64,000 bases of DNA from Epiperipatus broadwayi (lineage: Eukaryota; Animalia; Onychophora): contig JAQFVV010000005.1 of assembly GCA_028023455.1 (NCBI GenBank), positions 22,010,001-22,074,000 on the forward strand, given 5' to 3'. The notes beneath the pieces were generated by a model. The model worked only from the letters and a program-made list of their open reading frames with translations, did not search any database and was not told the origin of the DNA. Shown here one piece after another: positions 11,521 to 24,536 of this stretch. Each line of letters begins with the position of its first letter. Position 1 is the first letter of the stretch. A program made the translations under genes and the position numbers.

Positions 11521-12301
11521 TATGCCAAATAACTGTTGAATCACAACTTATTATCAGTTCTTTGAGTCACAAATTACAAACACTTCATTTCCTCCAAATT
11601 TTTTGTCCATTATTTTAATTAATTCATTAATTTTATGCACTTTGTGAATCTTTATCTTAGCCACCGTTTTTACAATTTATCCTTAACTGTTGCACATATA
11701 TTTCATTCTTAGTTTGTTTCTTTTTTGTTGTTGTTTTTAATGCAAATGAGGACTTATTATTTCTATAATACAACTTATTTATAGATTCTTCTTTTTTTAG
11801 TACTTTTAGCATTCTTTGATTCAGCCTTAAGCTGTTTATTGTAATGTTTATTTAATAACATTAGTCCGCCTCTTGATTATTTCATGCTTTAAAATCTATG
11901 TGGTCTTGAGAATGATATCTGTAGGAATAGGGTTTGTTCATTTGGCTACTGGATGGATTGATTGACTATTATTTCAGTGTGGTGTAAAAATTGGCGAGTT
12001 TATGTTAAGAATAATTTGTGTAATTGGATTGTTTATGGTTATTTTTGAGTAGTTAATTTATATGTTATTTTCATATTTGCAGTTTGCATAACCAGACCAA
12101 ACTTATCAAAGGTGTGAATCTTACAATCTGTTGCCATGACAGTCTATATAATTAAAAGAAGCTTTATGCAGAATCAGATTTATTGTCTTAGTAATATATA
12201 TTGTGAAAAAACAGTGGTAAGGGTTTATAAAAAAATGAAATTGATTATATTTACCTGTCTAGGATATAATTATATTAATAAATAAATTGCATCACTTCTT
12301 T

Positions 12302-12407
12302 TTTTTCCTTCTCATGTGTCATAGCATCAGCCGGGAAACGAACCCGCTAACCCAGGACAACTGCTTGTAAAGCAGCTGTCACTGACCTTTCAACCACCAA
12401 TGCTTGA
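12302..12407 (-). mobile_element. Minimal tRNA-derived SINE (copy 1)
   Basis: Minus strand GCATTGGTGGTTGAAAGGTCAGTGACAGCTGCTTTACAAGCAGTTGTCCTGGGTTAGCGGGTTCGTTTCCCGGCTGATGC, then ATGACACATGAG and an A-rich tail. 12-bp TSD CATCACTTCTTT at 12290-12301 and 12408-12419. Confidence 0.85.
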
Positions 12408-14129
12408 CATCACTTCTTTCTTCTTAGTAAAATTTAGTTTTTATCAAATTAATTTAATGTGAACAATTTTTTATATATATTAGATCCACATATTTATTTC
12501 TTCAGTGATGGGGACTGATTTAGGAGACTAGCAATCCTTAGTTGTGATCTTTATTGGAGACAACACAATCACTAATGAATTGAGTTGAAAGTGGATTTGG
12601 GATAGAAGTTTTAGTTTAGCTGGAATTGTATGTTCAGGCAGCTTTATTTTAGGGATCTCTTTACCCATCATTTAAGAATGAAAGGACAGAAAATGCTGTC
12701 TAAAAGTAGTCTGTTTCAGAGGTATGTTGTGTCTATTGAATTATTAATACAGAGATAGAAATAATATTATCAGTAGGAATGATAAAGCAGGAAGCAATCA
12801 TAATACTAAATGTAAATATTATCATTCTATTTTTATTCTAAATATAGCTATGTGGAATATGCATACTGTAATGGGATGAGCCAAAAATCGTAATATTAAA
12901 ATGTTTCAAGCCTAACGATTGGGCACCAGCAGGATCATATTATTGATATGTTATTCAATGTCCGATAATTGGCTGTACCATATGTAATGGGATGGTATTA
13001 ACATATGATTTGATGCCATGTGACTGGAAACCATATATAACTGAACGATCTATTTCTTCAAGAAGGATACATCTTATTATGATCATTAATTTAACTAATT
13101 CAGTCGATAATTGTATGAGTATTAACAGTTAAATGGAAGGAAATTCGACTTAATATTCCTTCTTTCATTTAACTTCTAGTCGGCTCACGTTATGTCACGG
13201 TATTCAAATTTAAGATGGATTTGCATGAGTTCTACTTTAGAGTATAATTGTATCATACTTGTATACAAATTATATATATATATATATTTAAGATGAGATG
13301 TGATGTATTGTGGAACAGATAATAGCAACATTCGATTATTATAATAAATATTTAATAAAGTTATTAATAATAACAGATTTTATTCATGATATTTTGACAT
13401 AATATGTGAGTTGTACAATTATTAACTGAAGATTGGATAAGTCTGATTATCCCTCATTTTATTTCTGAATATCTGATAATCCAATCCCATTTTATCCCTA
13501 TGAACGATAATCATTCATTACCCAAACTTATTAATTTAAATTTTATAACGCAAAAAAATAAAAATAAAACTTTCATCCAAATTATTATATATCTACCTTA
13601 ACTATTTTTCCTATCATTAGCTCTTGTTTTTACTTATAGTGAATTTATCCACGGATTAAGATTTTCGTAAGGATTATTCTATGTGTTAAAAGTCATTTCC
13701 TAATGATACAATAATATGATAGGAAAAATTGGTCTTACAAGTGTTTTAATCATATATCCTGAATAACAATTATAACAAACATTTAATATTTCATATTGTA
13801 ATTGTCATAGTATATATATATGTGTTGAATATTACATAAAATAATAAACTCTTGCCTTTTACTTTATGAATAGTCAAACTTATTATTAAGCAAGTTTGGG
13901 ATATCTATGTCTACATTTTATTAATAGGTTGAAATAATAATATTTACGACCATCCCCTCTATATAAATCTAACTTACAGTTGGATGAAATTCACCTAAGA
14001 AAAAAGAAAATTATATATATTATATTAATCCTGTGTAGTTGAGCCCATGTTTAAATTATCAACAGTTCATATTGACAAATGTTTAAGGAATTTTCTTTTA
14101 GGAAACTTTTATCTCACATACAATCCAGT

Positions 14130-15900
14130 GTACCATATTTGAATGCCGTTTGAATCTTCATGATGGCAATTCCATTTCTTTTATCAACATTATTCGCTCC
14201 AATTTAAGAAGTTTCCTTTGTTGATTAGAGCATATTTGGTGTTTTATTCCACATGGATGGGTAAATGCTGATTTCAATAGAAAGCAAAATCTAACATTTA
14301 TGGTTATATGGCGAACAATTTCATCTCTATGATGTCTTCTCTCTTTTAGCCACACATAGCTACGTAACTCTATTGTTAAGTTTGCTTGAAGTTCTTGGTT
14401 TTATAAAGAGTTAATAGTGGATTTTTAATTTTAAAAGCCTCGCATTAAGATTGAGATGATTTCTTAATTTTGATGCTGAAATTCACTATTATCATGAATA
14501 AAATGTTTCCCAGATTTGTAAAGTAAATTTTTACAAACTATATGATTTATTCATATTGGTTCAAGCAATTTTCTCCTTATCTCCCATTATTATGTTCTTC
14601 TTTTGGGGATATGATGTTTCAATGGCTGTTGTTCAATGGTCTTGAATAGTGGGTTCAAAATTAGATTTTGCTAAAATGTGTATTGAATAGCAATGTTATT
14701 TTCATATCTCCCTTTTTTAAGGAAGAAAAAAAGTCTTTCATTTTATCTTATCTTCTATTTTCTAAAAACCAACTACTGTTCCATCATGTTTTATATATTT
14801 TTATTATTATTTCATGTCAATTTGAGTTCATGTTTTTATTTCATTTATTGACATCATTTAAATATATGCATGTCAATGGAATAACACGTAGCTAAAAATT
14901 TAATTGTTATTTCTTTCTTTTGATTTTTATGAATTATTTGCTTGCATTTTGAAGTTGGATCATTTATTAGTCAGTATTGTCAAGAATATAATTTTAAATG
15001 ACAATTTTAAGCAACATTATTAGTATATAATTAATAATATGCTTTTGACTATTGTTGGTAGGTTTAGTCTTTCAGATGGATGTGTGTGCGGTGCTTTTTG
15101 GTGGTATGTAAAGTGTATCCTTACAATTTTTTAGAATGGAGGATAGCACTGTTAGCTAAGAAGCAGTCAAGTTTTAAGATCAGCATAATTACTCTTAGAG
15201 AAGTTAATCTTTCAGAGGAAGTCCTTTCAATAGAACACATAGCTTTTTGGAAGAAAAGGTGACTGACTGCTGGCATTGGATTCACTGCTAAGTCTTAGCT
15301 TTTTATAATTCCTTGATGTATTGATAAAAGACTAATGGTATTAAAACTTGCTTTCACAATGACACCTGTGCTCATTGTGTCCAATGTTAAGTTCGGATAA
15401 AGTTTTTATTCTTTACTGGGTAGCATCATTACAGCAATGCCATTAAAGGATATTTTTTTTCTTTTTGGAAATTGTATGCATGTGTCAATACAAATAGTAG
15501 ACTTTGGCTAAAAGTTATTTGAAATAACTGCATTAATGCTGCAAATGTAAATGTTCTGTTATTGTTGAATTTCTGCCCAATGAGATTGATTATCACAATC
15601 ACTTTGTTTAGAGAGAAAAATCATTATAAAGAAACATGGATACACCCATGCTCAAAATAATGACATTTAATAGATTAGTTTTGCATTTATGAGTCAGACT
15701 ACAAGAGAAATTCATATTGTGCTAGTATTTCCAAGCACAGATTGTTGGATAGATCACAGATTAGGAAGTTCCAAGATTGTAATTGAACAAATATTCCAAT
15801 CATATTCACCAAAAAAATTGTTTGCTTTTTAGAAGAATCTACTGTCACGTGACAAGCATGAAATTCGCTTAAGGTGTTATGAATAGAAGTAAGTCTATTC
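14130..15900 (-). mobile_element. Heavily degraded PLE-like coding relic
   Basis: Only faint motifs (QQ*QNIY..NAVISNNF; ..S..QSPFLPKSY..INFSKSNY..LLLS*QCYP) in an order compatible with a PLE RT C-terminus; many stops. Confidence 0.3.
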
Positions 15901-16129
15901 CTCGATCATTAAAAAGAATCATGAATGATTTCATTAGTGATTTGATTAAATTGAAATATGCTTTTTTTTTGCTTGGCAGAATAATAAGTTAAATAAAAAG
16001 TTCAATGATTGACAAGAAGATTTAAAAATTACTGGTGGACAAATATTAGTTGCTTGTGATCGTTAGATCTTTTTTGGTGCACTTTTAAAGCACCGTATGT
16101 AATTGAGAAATGGTATCACAATCTTATTA

Positions 16130-17390
16130 AATCAAGCAAGGACATTCTATTACATAATGATAATGATATTTTGAACAGATGGAAGGAATATTTTGATTAA
16201 CTTTTGAATAATGATGTAAAAATTGAGATGGTGACTTTTATGTAATATATCTATGTTATCTACTAATTTAGATTTGAACAAAAATATCCTGGTTTATGAT
16301 GTTAAAACAGCTTTTTGTAATCTTAAAAATTGAAAGACTGCCGTTCCTGATGAGATAAATGGAGAAGTTTTAAAATCTGGAAATATGTTACCTTGCTGTA
16401 TATTGATTAATGAATTTATGCCACCTGATTTTAAAGATACTTCTATTATTTTGATTTTTTTAAAATAAAGGGAATAGATAATAAGACTGAGTACTTATCA
16501 TGAATTATCATTGTTATTCTCTACAGAAAGGATATTTACACGGATTTTGTTAAATAGATTACTTCCAGTCTTGATTATCAGAGACAGTGTGGATTTTAGA
16601 GAATCAAAAAACATAAACATGGTTTTTGTTGCCAGGCAAGTACAAGAAAAATATCAAGAACAAACTCATATTGCTATTATTGATTTGGTCAAAGCATTTG
16701 ATTCATTTAATCAAACAGGTCTGTAGCATTGTTTGAAATTGGTTGTCCATCAAAGTTTATTTGCAAAATGAAATATGAAAGAGTATTATTATTAGGATAA
16801 AATCCTGGAGTATTTGAAATGAAAACTGCTGTTAAACAAGGATGTGTACCAACTCTCATTTTATTCTCTACTTTTATAAAAATGATTGGAACTTTTTATT
16901 GGTTTAATGAATCAGGAATCAAAATGCTATACAGGTTTGATGGTAGACATTTTATGGAAAGTACATAATGTTTTGAATGCAACGTGTAAAGATTTTAGTA
17001 ATTAATGTTCAATAAAACGTTATCAGCCAGCGATGGGAGAAGAATCTTCAATAAGTTTTTGCTTGAATGATTATCAACTTGAGAATGTAATCTAATTCAA
17101 ATACCTTAGTAGTTTTATAACTAGAAAGATGGACTTAGATGTTGGGGTACAACATAGACTCCAATCTTCTGCTGCTTTTAACAAGTTAAGGGATTGAGTA
17201 TTTTGTTAACTGAGAAATAACTATAGCAACTAAATTAGCTGTATGTAGAGCTGTTTTTTTTATTTGATTAATATATGGAAGTGAAACTTGGACCATAACA
17301 TAAAAGCATTAAAACATTTTCATTAAGGATGCTTCATAAAATTCTAGTACTATGATGTCTAGATAAGACTAATCAATGTGTTCATCTTGC
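16130..17390 (+). mobile_element. RTE-BovB-like LINE RT relic
   Basis: ILNRWKEYF; GKTAVPDEINGEVLK; LFSTERIFTRILLNRLLPV..FRESK..NMVFVARQVQEKYQEQ..IDLVKAFDS; VKQGCV; YGSETWT. Confidence 0.85.
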
Positions 17391-18155
17391 TTCATATGAT
17401 ATTGTAGAGTATATTATATATATATATATTTCAGTTTGTTTTATCAAACATATATATTTAATTGTGTATATATTTAATCATATCTTAGGTATCCTTTTAA
17501 CTGACCTAAAATCTGTTATAGATTGATCAAGGAATTGCTGGTTTTTTAAGTTTTAATTATTAATAGGAAACTGTAATGTATCTGTTGTTATTTGCAATTA
17601 TTGATAATTATTTTTTTTCTAAACTTTCTTGTATGTTTTAAGAATGTCTTTTTTAAAGAATTAATTAAACAAAATTAACTTATCAAAGTTGTGTGGCCTT
17701 TTCTATCTATTGTTTTACAAAGTTGGGTTATGCTATAGAATTATTACAGGAAGATGTTTAAAATGTTCATCTATTTTTATAAGCTGATACATTTGACATC
17801 CACATATCAATTCCCAGAAATATTAGGTTACAAATTCATTAATAGTTTCCTTGTCTGGTTACGAAAATGAACAGCAAATGTTGAAATGAAATATTTTAAT
17901 GAATCCATTTGGTAAAAGGTCACATTTGGCTAATTTGATTAACATCATGGATAAGTAATTATAAAAAAATTTATTAATGTAATCATTGACAATAGTAGTA
18001 TTCATGTTCATAATTAATATGATTTTTATAAGATCAGTTATTATAAAATATTTAAAGGTTGGTATGTATATAATTTTATTATTATGAATTTCGTAAAATT
18101 GAATAATAGTTTATTTTACAGATATTTATATATTATTACACTTTAATATAGTAAT

Positions 18156-18420
18156 ACAGGCAAAACTCTCCAAACAGTAGGGCCACTCAGTGCAAGCCAA
18201 AGTAATCAATGGATGCCAGAAGGCTTGTGCATAAAATCCCTATCTAATACTTACTCATCCAATATCCCTAGACTAGTTTCTAGCTTCTGGCCTTTGTCAG
18301 TGAGGAGCCTTGGCTGGATGAGTAAGCACTAGATAGAGATTTTATGCACAAGCCTTCTGTCATCCATTGATTACTCTAGCTTGCACTGAGTGACACTACT
18401 GTATGGAGAGTTTTACCTGT
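18156..18420. mobile_element. Family A fold-back mini-element, hammerhead in the spacer
   Basis: ~105-bp inverted arms (18156-18261 / 18316-18420); the spacer holds the antisense HHR. Confidence 0.88.
18265..18306 (-). ncRNA. Type I hammerhead, family A, G8A variant
   Basis: Minus strand TCCTCA-CTGACAA-A-GGC-CAGAA-GCT-A-GAAA-CTAGT-C-TAGGGA; CUGACAA replaces CUGACGA. Confidence 0.75.
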
Positions 18421-18699
18421 TTTAATAACAGTTATGAGCAAGCATAAGAAATGATGATCATGTGATGTTTAGTGGTTTACTACCAATCCTGCCTAGTAGG
18501 ATAGTGGTGGATATGGTTATTAAAGAACCAAAGACACCAAAATGTATGGGTACTGAAGTGAGTTCAGATTTATATGATGACATAAGCTAATTAGCTTGGA
18601 TTGAAAATGGTATTGTGTTTTCAATTTTATTCTCATAGTTTTGTAGTTAAGCAGAGATAAAAGGTGGCTACTGGAGGGTTGCATTAGATTTTAAGATAT

Positions 18700-18870
18700 A
18701 GGTGCAGTGCTCTCAGATCCAAGGCTCCTTACTGACGAAGGCCGAAAGCCAGAAACTAGTCTGGGGATATTAGATGGGTAGGTACTAGATAATGATTTTA
18801 TGCACAAGCCTTCTGGCATCCATCGATTACTCTGGCTTGCACTGAGTGGCAATACGTATAGAGAGTTATG
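18700..18870 (+). mobile_element. Family A repeat, single arm
   Basis: GTGCAGTGCTCTCAGATCCAAGGCTCC...TTTATGCACAAGCCTTCTGGCATCCATCGATTACTCTGG...GAGAGTT, colinear with 6240-6415. Confidence 0.85.
18726..18767 (+). ncRNA. Minimal type I hammerhead ribozyme, family A, intact core
   Basis: TCCTTA-CTGACGA-A-GGC-CGAAA-GCC-A-GAAA-CTAGT-C-TGGGGA; predicted cut after 18761. Confidence 0.8.
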
Positions 18871-20336
18871 AAAAGCATAAGAAATGGTGATCATGTAATT
18901 TACAAATTGTCAAACTTTTTCCATTCACAACTTAAACATCAACCTTTTCAGATTAATAAATTAATGATTATTACTATTCATTTATTAAGCTTTATAAATA
19001 TGGTCTGATGTTTAATATGATATACCATTACATTAGATTATATATACAATATTACATAAAACCTTGAGGTTTTCATACATATCTAATCAAAACAATGTAA
19101 GAATGATAATGAAAAGGGCTTATTTTTATCATAGCCGGTGCACGTAATGGTGAGTGTCGTAATTTTATACCACTTATAAGATTTTGGATTATCTGATTAC
19201 AAATAAACAGAAGATTAATTTGAATATGATTTCTTAAATCTAGTATCTTAGGAATAAGAGGGGTTCTTCTTGTCTTTCTTTCTAGGAGATAAGTATTGTT
19301 TATTTGTACAGGTTTCTTCAATTCAGTATCATAAGTGTGTTTTTTCTGTGTGTGCACATCTCTTATAAGTCCAGCATCATAGGATTAATAAATATTTTTG
19401 TAGCTTACAGAACTTATTGTATCTGAATAATAATCAAAGGAAAACCACATTTCTCAAAAAATAATTATAGCAAATTTATGTGACCTCTAGTTCTGCCACT
19501 TTAAGCAATTCAGGTAATCAATAGATGTTTAATAATTCCATATTCGGGTCTGTTTTTTCCAAATTCCAGATTAATTTTTAGCTTATGGCAATTAACATCT
19601 GGGCATTTATTGATACATGTCAGAATTGCAGTAAAATAAATAGATTTGCTACATAAAAGTATTGTGTGAGAATCATATGATTTTTTTGTCGGTTTTAAGA
19701 ATAATTGATTGGCTATTTATGGGCATTATCTTTTTTCAACACTAAAGTGTTGTTGTTTCAAGTCATTGGTTTTATTCTCACTGTATCCAATTATTTTAAA
19801 ATCTCCATTTCACTTGTTAATGGAGACAAATTTTCTTGAACAAGTTTTACATCATCAAGTGAAATTTAAGCGATTTCCAACAGTCGTTATGACAACAGTA
19901 ATGTCATCAAAATTTTTTTAATCTTTTTTAATTTCACTTGCCTCATTTGAAATTGATTCACGAATTTCTTGCTTAACAGAAAGTTGCTCTTTGAGTAAGT
20001 TTTCTACTAGAAATGGAAACAAAGTATAAAGTAGTTATATTATTTTATGTGCAATACCAAATTTAGTTTATTTGATATGATGTGGTTTCATGAATTAGAG
20101 ATAACAAATAGTTATATTGTGTTTGCTTTTGAAGATAATGAAATTTGATTCATCTTTTTTTATGTCTTGATTTATTAGCATCATTTTGATTAAACTGCTC
20201 TGTTATATATGTGCTTAAAGCAGATTAAATTGTGTATAATCTTATCTAAAAATTATCTATAGGCTACAGGTAATATTATTTTTGGATGGTTGTATTTATG
20301 TTCATATTCTCATCATTTCTTTGGTTTTATTTGCAG

Positions 20337-20534
20337 AATTTGGTTTTCCAATATTGTCCGGAATGTAACGAAGCCTGGAAGCATGGTAACCATCCCCATC
20401 ATACAGGCCCTTCTAGGATCATTGAGGGTATTGTTGTCATAGAAGATTTTCTTTCAGAAGAAGAGGAGTTAAAATTGGTTGCCTGTATCGATAAGTCACC
20501 ATGGATTGATTCACAATCTGGTAGGAAAAAACAA
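20337..20534 (+). CDS. ALKBH4: ALKBH4 coding exon 2
   Basis: TTTTATTTGCAG acceptor (AG 20335-36), then NLVFQYCPEC...GIVVIEDFLSEEEELKLVACIDKSPWIDSQSGRKKQ and a GTAAGT donor at 20535. Matches ALKBH4 GVMLIEDFVTREEEAELV...PWKLSQSGRRKQ. 198 nt, phase 0. Confidence 0.95.
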
Positions 20535-22351
20535 GTAAGTATATATCTCCATATGTAGAGTTCTGAAATAAAACTTATGCATTAATTTTATATATGCTTA
20601 TATGATCAGTAAAAATTGACTTTATTTATTTAGTGTAATTTTTTTTTTAAAAAAATCTTAACTATTAACAAAATATCATAAAAGAACCTGTAGATATTCC
20701 TGCCAAGAATTATAATAACTATCTGCTTCTATCACTATAGACAAAGGGAATGGTGATCATGTGAAATTTAATAGCCATTAACTATGATTCGTGTTTCTTC
20801 ATTTCTATATAGATCAGTGACTGTTAAATTTCATCTATAAAGCAGATGGGTACAACAACCATGGATTCTGCTAAATATAATAATGAGACTCCTAATTGTT
20901 TTTGGGATGATCAAATTAACTTGGCTTTAATATTAGATCTGAAAAAAATAAATTTGTTTGGAACCTCTTAAGAACTCTCATTTTGATGTCATAATTCTGT
21001 GATAATAGGCTTTTAAAACAGGCAAAACTCTCCATACTGTAGTGGTGATCATGTGATGTTTAGTGGTTTAATAATAGGATTTTAATTGAATATTGAAGAT
21101 TCTTGATTTCAGATGAGTCTTGAATAATGAAACTATATCTTGAATTATTGGCATTTTCAATCTTCTTAACAGCTTTTTATATATTTTTTGTGAAGCAGCT
21201 TCTCTTCTGATATCTGGTGAAGAATATGTGAAACTATAGAAAACCAAAGGAGTAAACTTGAATATGTCAACAGTATTTAATTTGACTATCCAGAAGTTTA
21301 GTGTGGGAAATCACTGATGATAATCATGAGTTTTTATTACATTATCCTTCGTCAAAAGGCTCTTTGGAATCAATCGATTACGTAACAGATGTACTTACAT
21401 ATTTATATGATACCAACATCATAATCGTTAATGATAAGTTGTCAATTACTATTTTCTGATGAGATAAATACCTGACAGTAATAAAAATGTTTTAGCATTG
21501 GGAGTACAGTATCTTTTTCAGCTAAAGTGAAGCCCAAATTGTTTTATAGTCGTGTATTGGTGTATCAATTATGTACAGTCTGGGATTTTTTTCTTTAATT
21601 AAGGATACCTATATTCTGATTTACTGACCAATAATTAAATGACTATCCGAAAACCTTTTTCACCCTTCCATCAGTATTTAAACCCAAATTATGGATATAT
21701 GCAGATGGGTTATAATCTCTTCATCATGCAGAATTTTATAATAAAAATTGTAATATTATAATTTTTTACACGGCTAAAACCAACTTTTTGTGATGGCTAT
21801 ATGCATACATTATTAGTAGTGTATGTGAAATATAGCTTATATTAATAAATTGGGAGTTGCAACTAATCTTTAAATGAGAATAGTTTTGTTTTTTAAAACT
21901 TCATTTGTATGTGTTATTATGTTCACATGAAATGGTTTGTATGCATTACTTACATATAGGGGGGAGAGGTTTAATACGTATAATTTTTTCAAATGCACAA
22001 GTGATTTGTTTTTTGTTTTGTTTTTTGAAGTTATGCTTTCTATGCATGGTAATAGATTGCATTTTGTTATATTTGTAAATATTTTTATTCTTAATATTTT
22101 ATACAATTAAAATATTTATTGTTTACTCATTTTATGTTTAATATATTCTTCTACTTATCAATTTTAAAAAGTCAAATATACAAAAGTATTTCAAAAAAGA
22201 AGGCAACATAAATTTATGTATTTTATAAAAGTATAATTATTAAACCATATTAACTCTCTACTCTAATGGCATCTGTAGTAAGTTTTGAGTAATAAGCAAT
22301 TATCAGATGGTAATCTATTTAAATCCTAGATTCCCTTTATCAGGGAGACTT

Positions 22352-22445
22352 TTTTTTCTCATGTGTCATAGCATCAGCCGGGAAGCGAACCCGCTAACCT
22401 GGGACAACTGCTTGTAAAGCAGCTGTCGCTGACCTCTCGACCACC
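22352..22445 (-). mobile_element. Minimal tRNA-derived SINE (copy 2, slightly 5'-truncated)
   Basis: Close match to copy 1 with a poly(A) tail. 24-bp TSD AGATTCCCTTTATCAG(G/T)GAGACTT at 22328-22351 and 22446-22469. Confidence 0.9.
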
Positions 22446-23120
22446 AGATTCCCTTTATCAGTGAGACTTGAGTTGAAAAATGGCCAAAATGCACTTATGC
22501 AAACACCTTTATATTTTAATTCCATTGTATTCAAGTCAAATGCCTTAAATTTTAAAATAAACAAATGTTTTGAACTCTACCCAACTTTTCTGAATGGTAT
22601 ATAGAATTGACTCCAAGTCAGTAACTAACTATATTTTAGGAACCTGTTTTTTATTAACTTTAGCATCCCTTTCCCCTCAAGCTAGAAATGTTAATAATAA
22701 TAAAACAATTTTTTAACTTACACATTATATGATAAAACAAGATTACTTCTCTATTCTAATGCCATCTATAGTAAACTTCAATAATCCCGATTATTAAATA
22801 ATTCATTGTTTCTTTACTTTTGTTTTAAAGAGTTGCTCTTGTTTCAGCACACATTATGTAAGATAAGGGATTATGAGAAATATTATTATTATTCATATTT
22901 TTGACCAGGGAAGAAAAAAGTGCTTCCAGTTAACAAAAACTGAGGATAGTAAACTTCTGTATATTTTATTGACTTGGAATCAGATCTATATACATGTTTA
23001 GGCATATTGGCTTGGATTCAAAATACTAGTGTTTTGAATTTCAGGTTTTTAGCACGAATATTAAAATTAAGTTAAATGTTGTTTTGTAAATGCATTATTT
23101 CCAACTTTGAATCCCAAACC

Positions 23121-23156
23121 TCATTGAGAAAGGCAAAAGCTAGAAACCCCAGTCTG
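23121..23156 (+). ncRNA. Decayed family D hammerhead
   Basis: TCA-TTGAGAA-A-GGC-AAAA-GCT-A-GAAAC-CCCA-GTC-TG. The upstream ATGCATTATTTCCAACTTTGAATC is shared with the copies at 1.8 kb and 51.5 kb. Confidence 0.55.
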
Positions 23157-24536
23157 TAAATGGGGATTTAAAGGCACTTATTTGGTAATTACTGATTACT
23201 GTTATTATAGATGGCACTGTAACAAGGAGCTGTTGTTGATTTGTATAATTTAAGATATTGTGGTTTGTAGTTATTTAATACTATTTTCTGATATATTATA
23301 ACTTTTTTTTTTTGTCTCACATCCTGCTTTTGACAAACAATAAATGATTTGATACTAGATGATGTTACTATCAGTAGATACTGATTTTTTCCCCCTTTCT
23401 AAATGATATTCAAATACATAGAAACCAGTCAATAAGAATCTGGAAATATTAACTAAAATCGTCTGTATGTCATTAATACATAAATCTCAGAAATATGATG
23501 AAGCCTTTTGCTTCATAAACTCTTTCAAGTTATTTTCTCTAAACTTGACTATCAGTTCATTTGTTCTCATAAGAAATTATCATTATTTTAAATTACATAT
23601 GCTCAGATGTCTCTTCAAATAACTAAATTTGAAATTGTTTACTGTGAGGTTTTATCCGCTTGATGTACAATTACATTTTCTTTACAAAGTGGTATAATAT
23701 TTTTTGAGTATTGAAATTATTATGCAGCCAGGAGAATTAATTGCAATTATATCCTAACCTCTCAAAACTCAGATCACACTATTAAGTTTTGTGTTTGATT
23801 ATATTCTGCCGTTTTTTATTTCAACATAGCCAATAACATTTTATATGCTTCAAGACAGTAGTATTCAACCTTTTGAGTTCCGCTAACCACCACTCTTTAT
23901 AAAAAAATTTCAGCATCAAAATTTTAAAAAAAAGTAGGCAAATAAAAAATATTTATTTTAGTTTTTTGGTAACCAAATATAATTACAATATAATATAACT
24001 AAATATTTAATTTATTTAAAAACAAAATATCTGTTATTGTTAGATAGCATTTCCAAAATTATTACATTAAACTTTACAAAACACAATTTTTTAATATCAG
24101 GTTCTATGTTACTTAGTTTTAATCATAAATAGGAAGTTGTGCAGTATAGCACTACAGTGATATACAATTTAGAGTGCAATAAATCTGGACATTTTTGTTT
24201 ATGATCAAGAGCTGACAAAGGCAGTAATCAATTTATAATGGAGTTATAATTCTATTTATTTCTTTTGTATCAGTTTTATATTGAATCAATTATTTAAATA
24301 TAATTTTTTAAAAACCACCTGGATTCTTGGTTGAGAAGCACTATTCTCAGATATACTGAAGCAAAAATAATATGTTGACTTTGTTTAATACCTATTATTA
24401 GTTTAAAGTAAATTTCATTATTTGATTTTTTTTTCTTTTCATTATTTTCATATCTATGTGCACATTTCAACATAAATAGGAATTACACATTTATTTATTT
24501 ATGTGTACTCATTTCTTTTCTTTTTTTTATTTGTAG

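Larger units (their letters stand above)
673..20336 (+). other. ALKBH4: ALKBH4 intron 1 (19,664 nt, GT-AG)
   Basis: GTAAGT...TTGCAG joins two phase-0 exons into a continuous ALKBH4 frame; the intron is filled with retroelement remnants. Confidence 0.85.
20535..24536 (+). other. ALKBH4: ALKBH4 intron 2 (4,002 nt, GT-AG)
   Basis: GTAAGT...TTGTAG; the junction gives SGRKKQ|DFGPKVNF. Confidence 0.92.

Noticed and set aside
12324-12403. Functional tRNA-Val(TAC) gene
   Set aside because: 8-bp anticodon stem, tRNA-Gly-like ends, poly(A) tail and TSDs indicate a SINE copy.
21101-21150. CAGATGA-GTCTTGAATAAT-GAAAC-TATATC as an HHR
   Set aside because: Core and both stems need several repairs; not distinguishable from chance.
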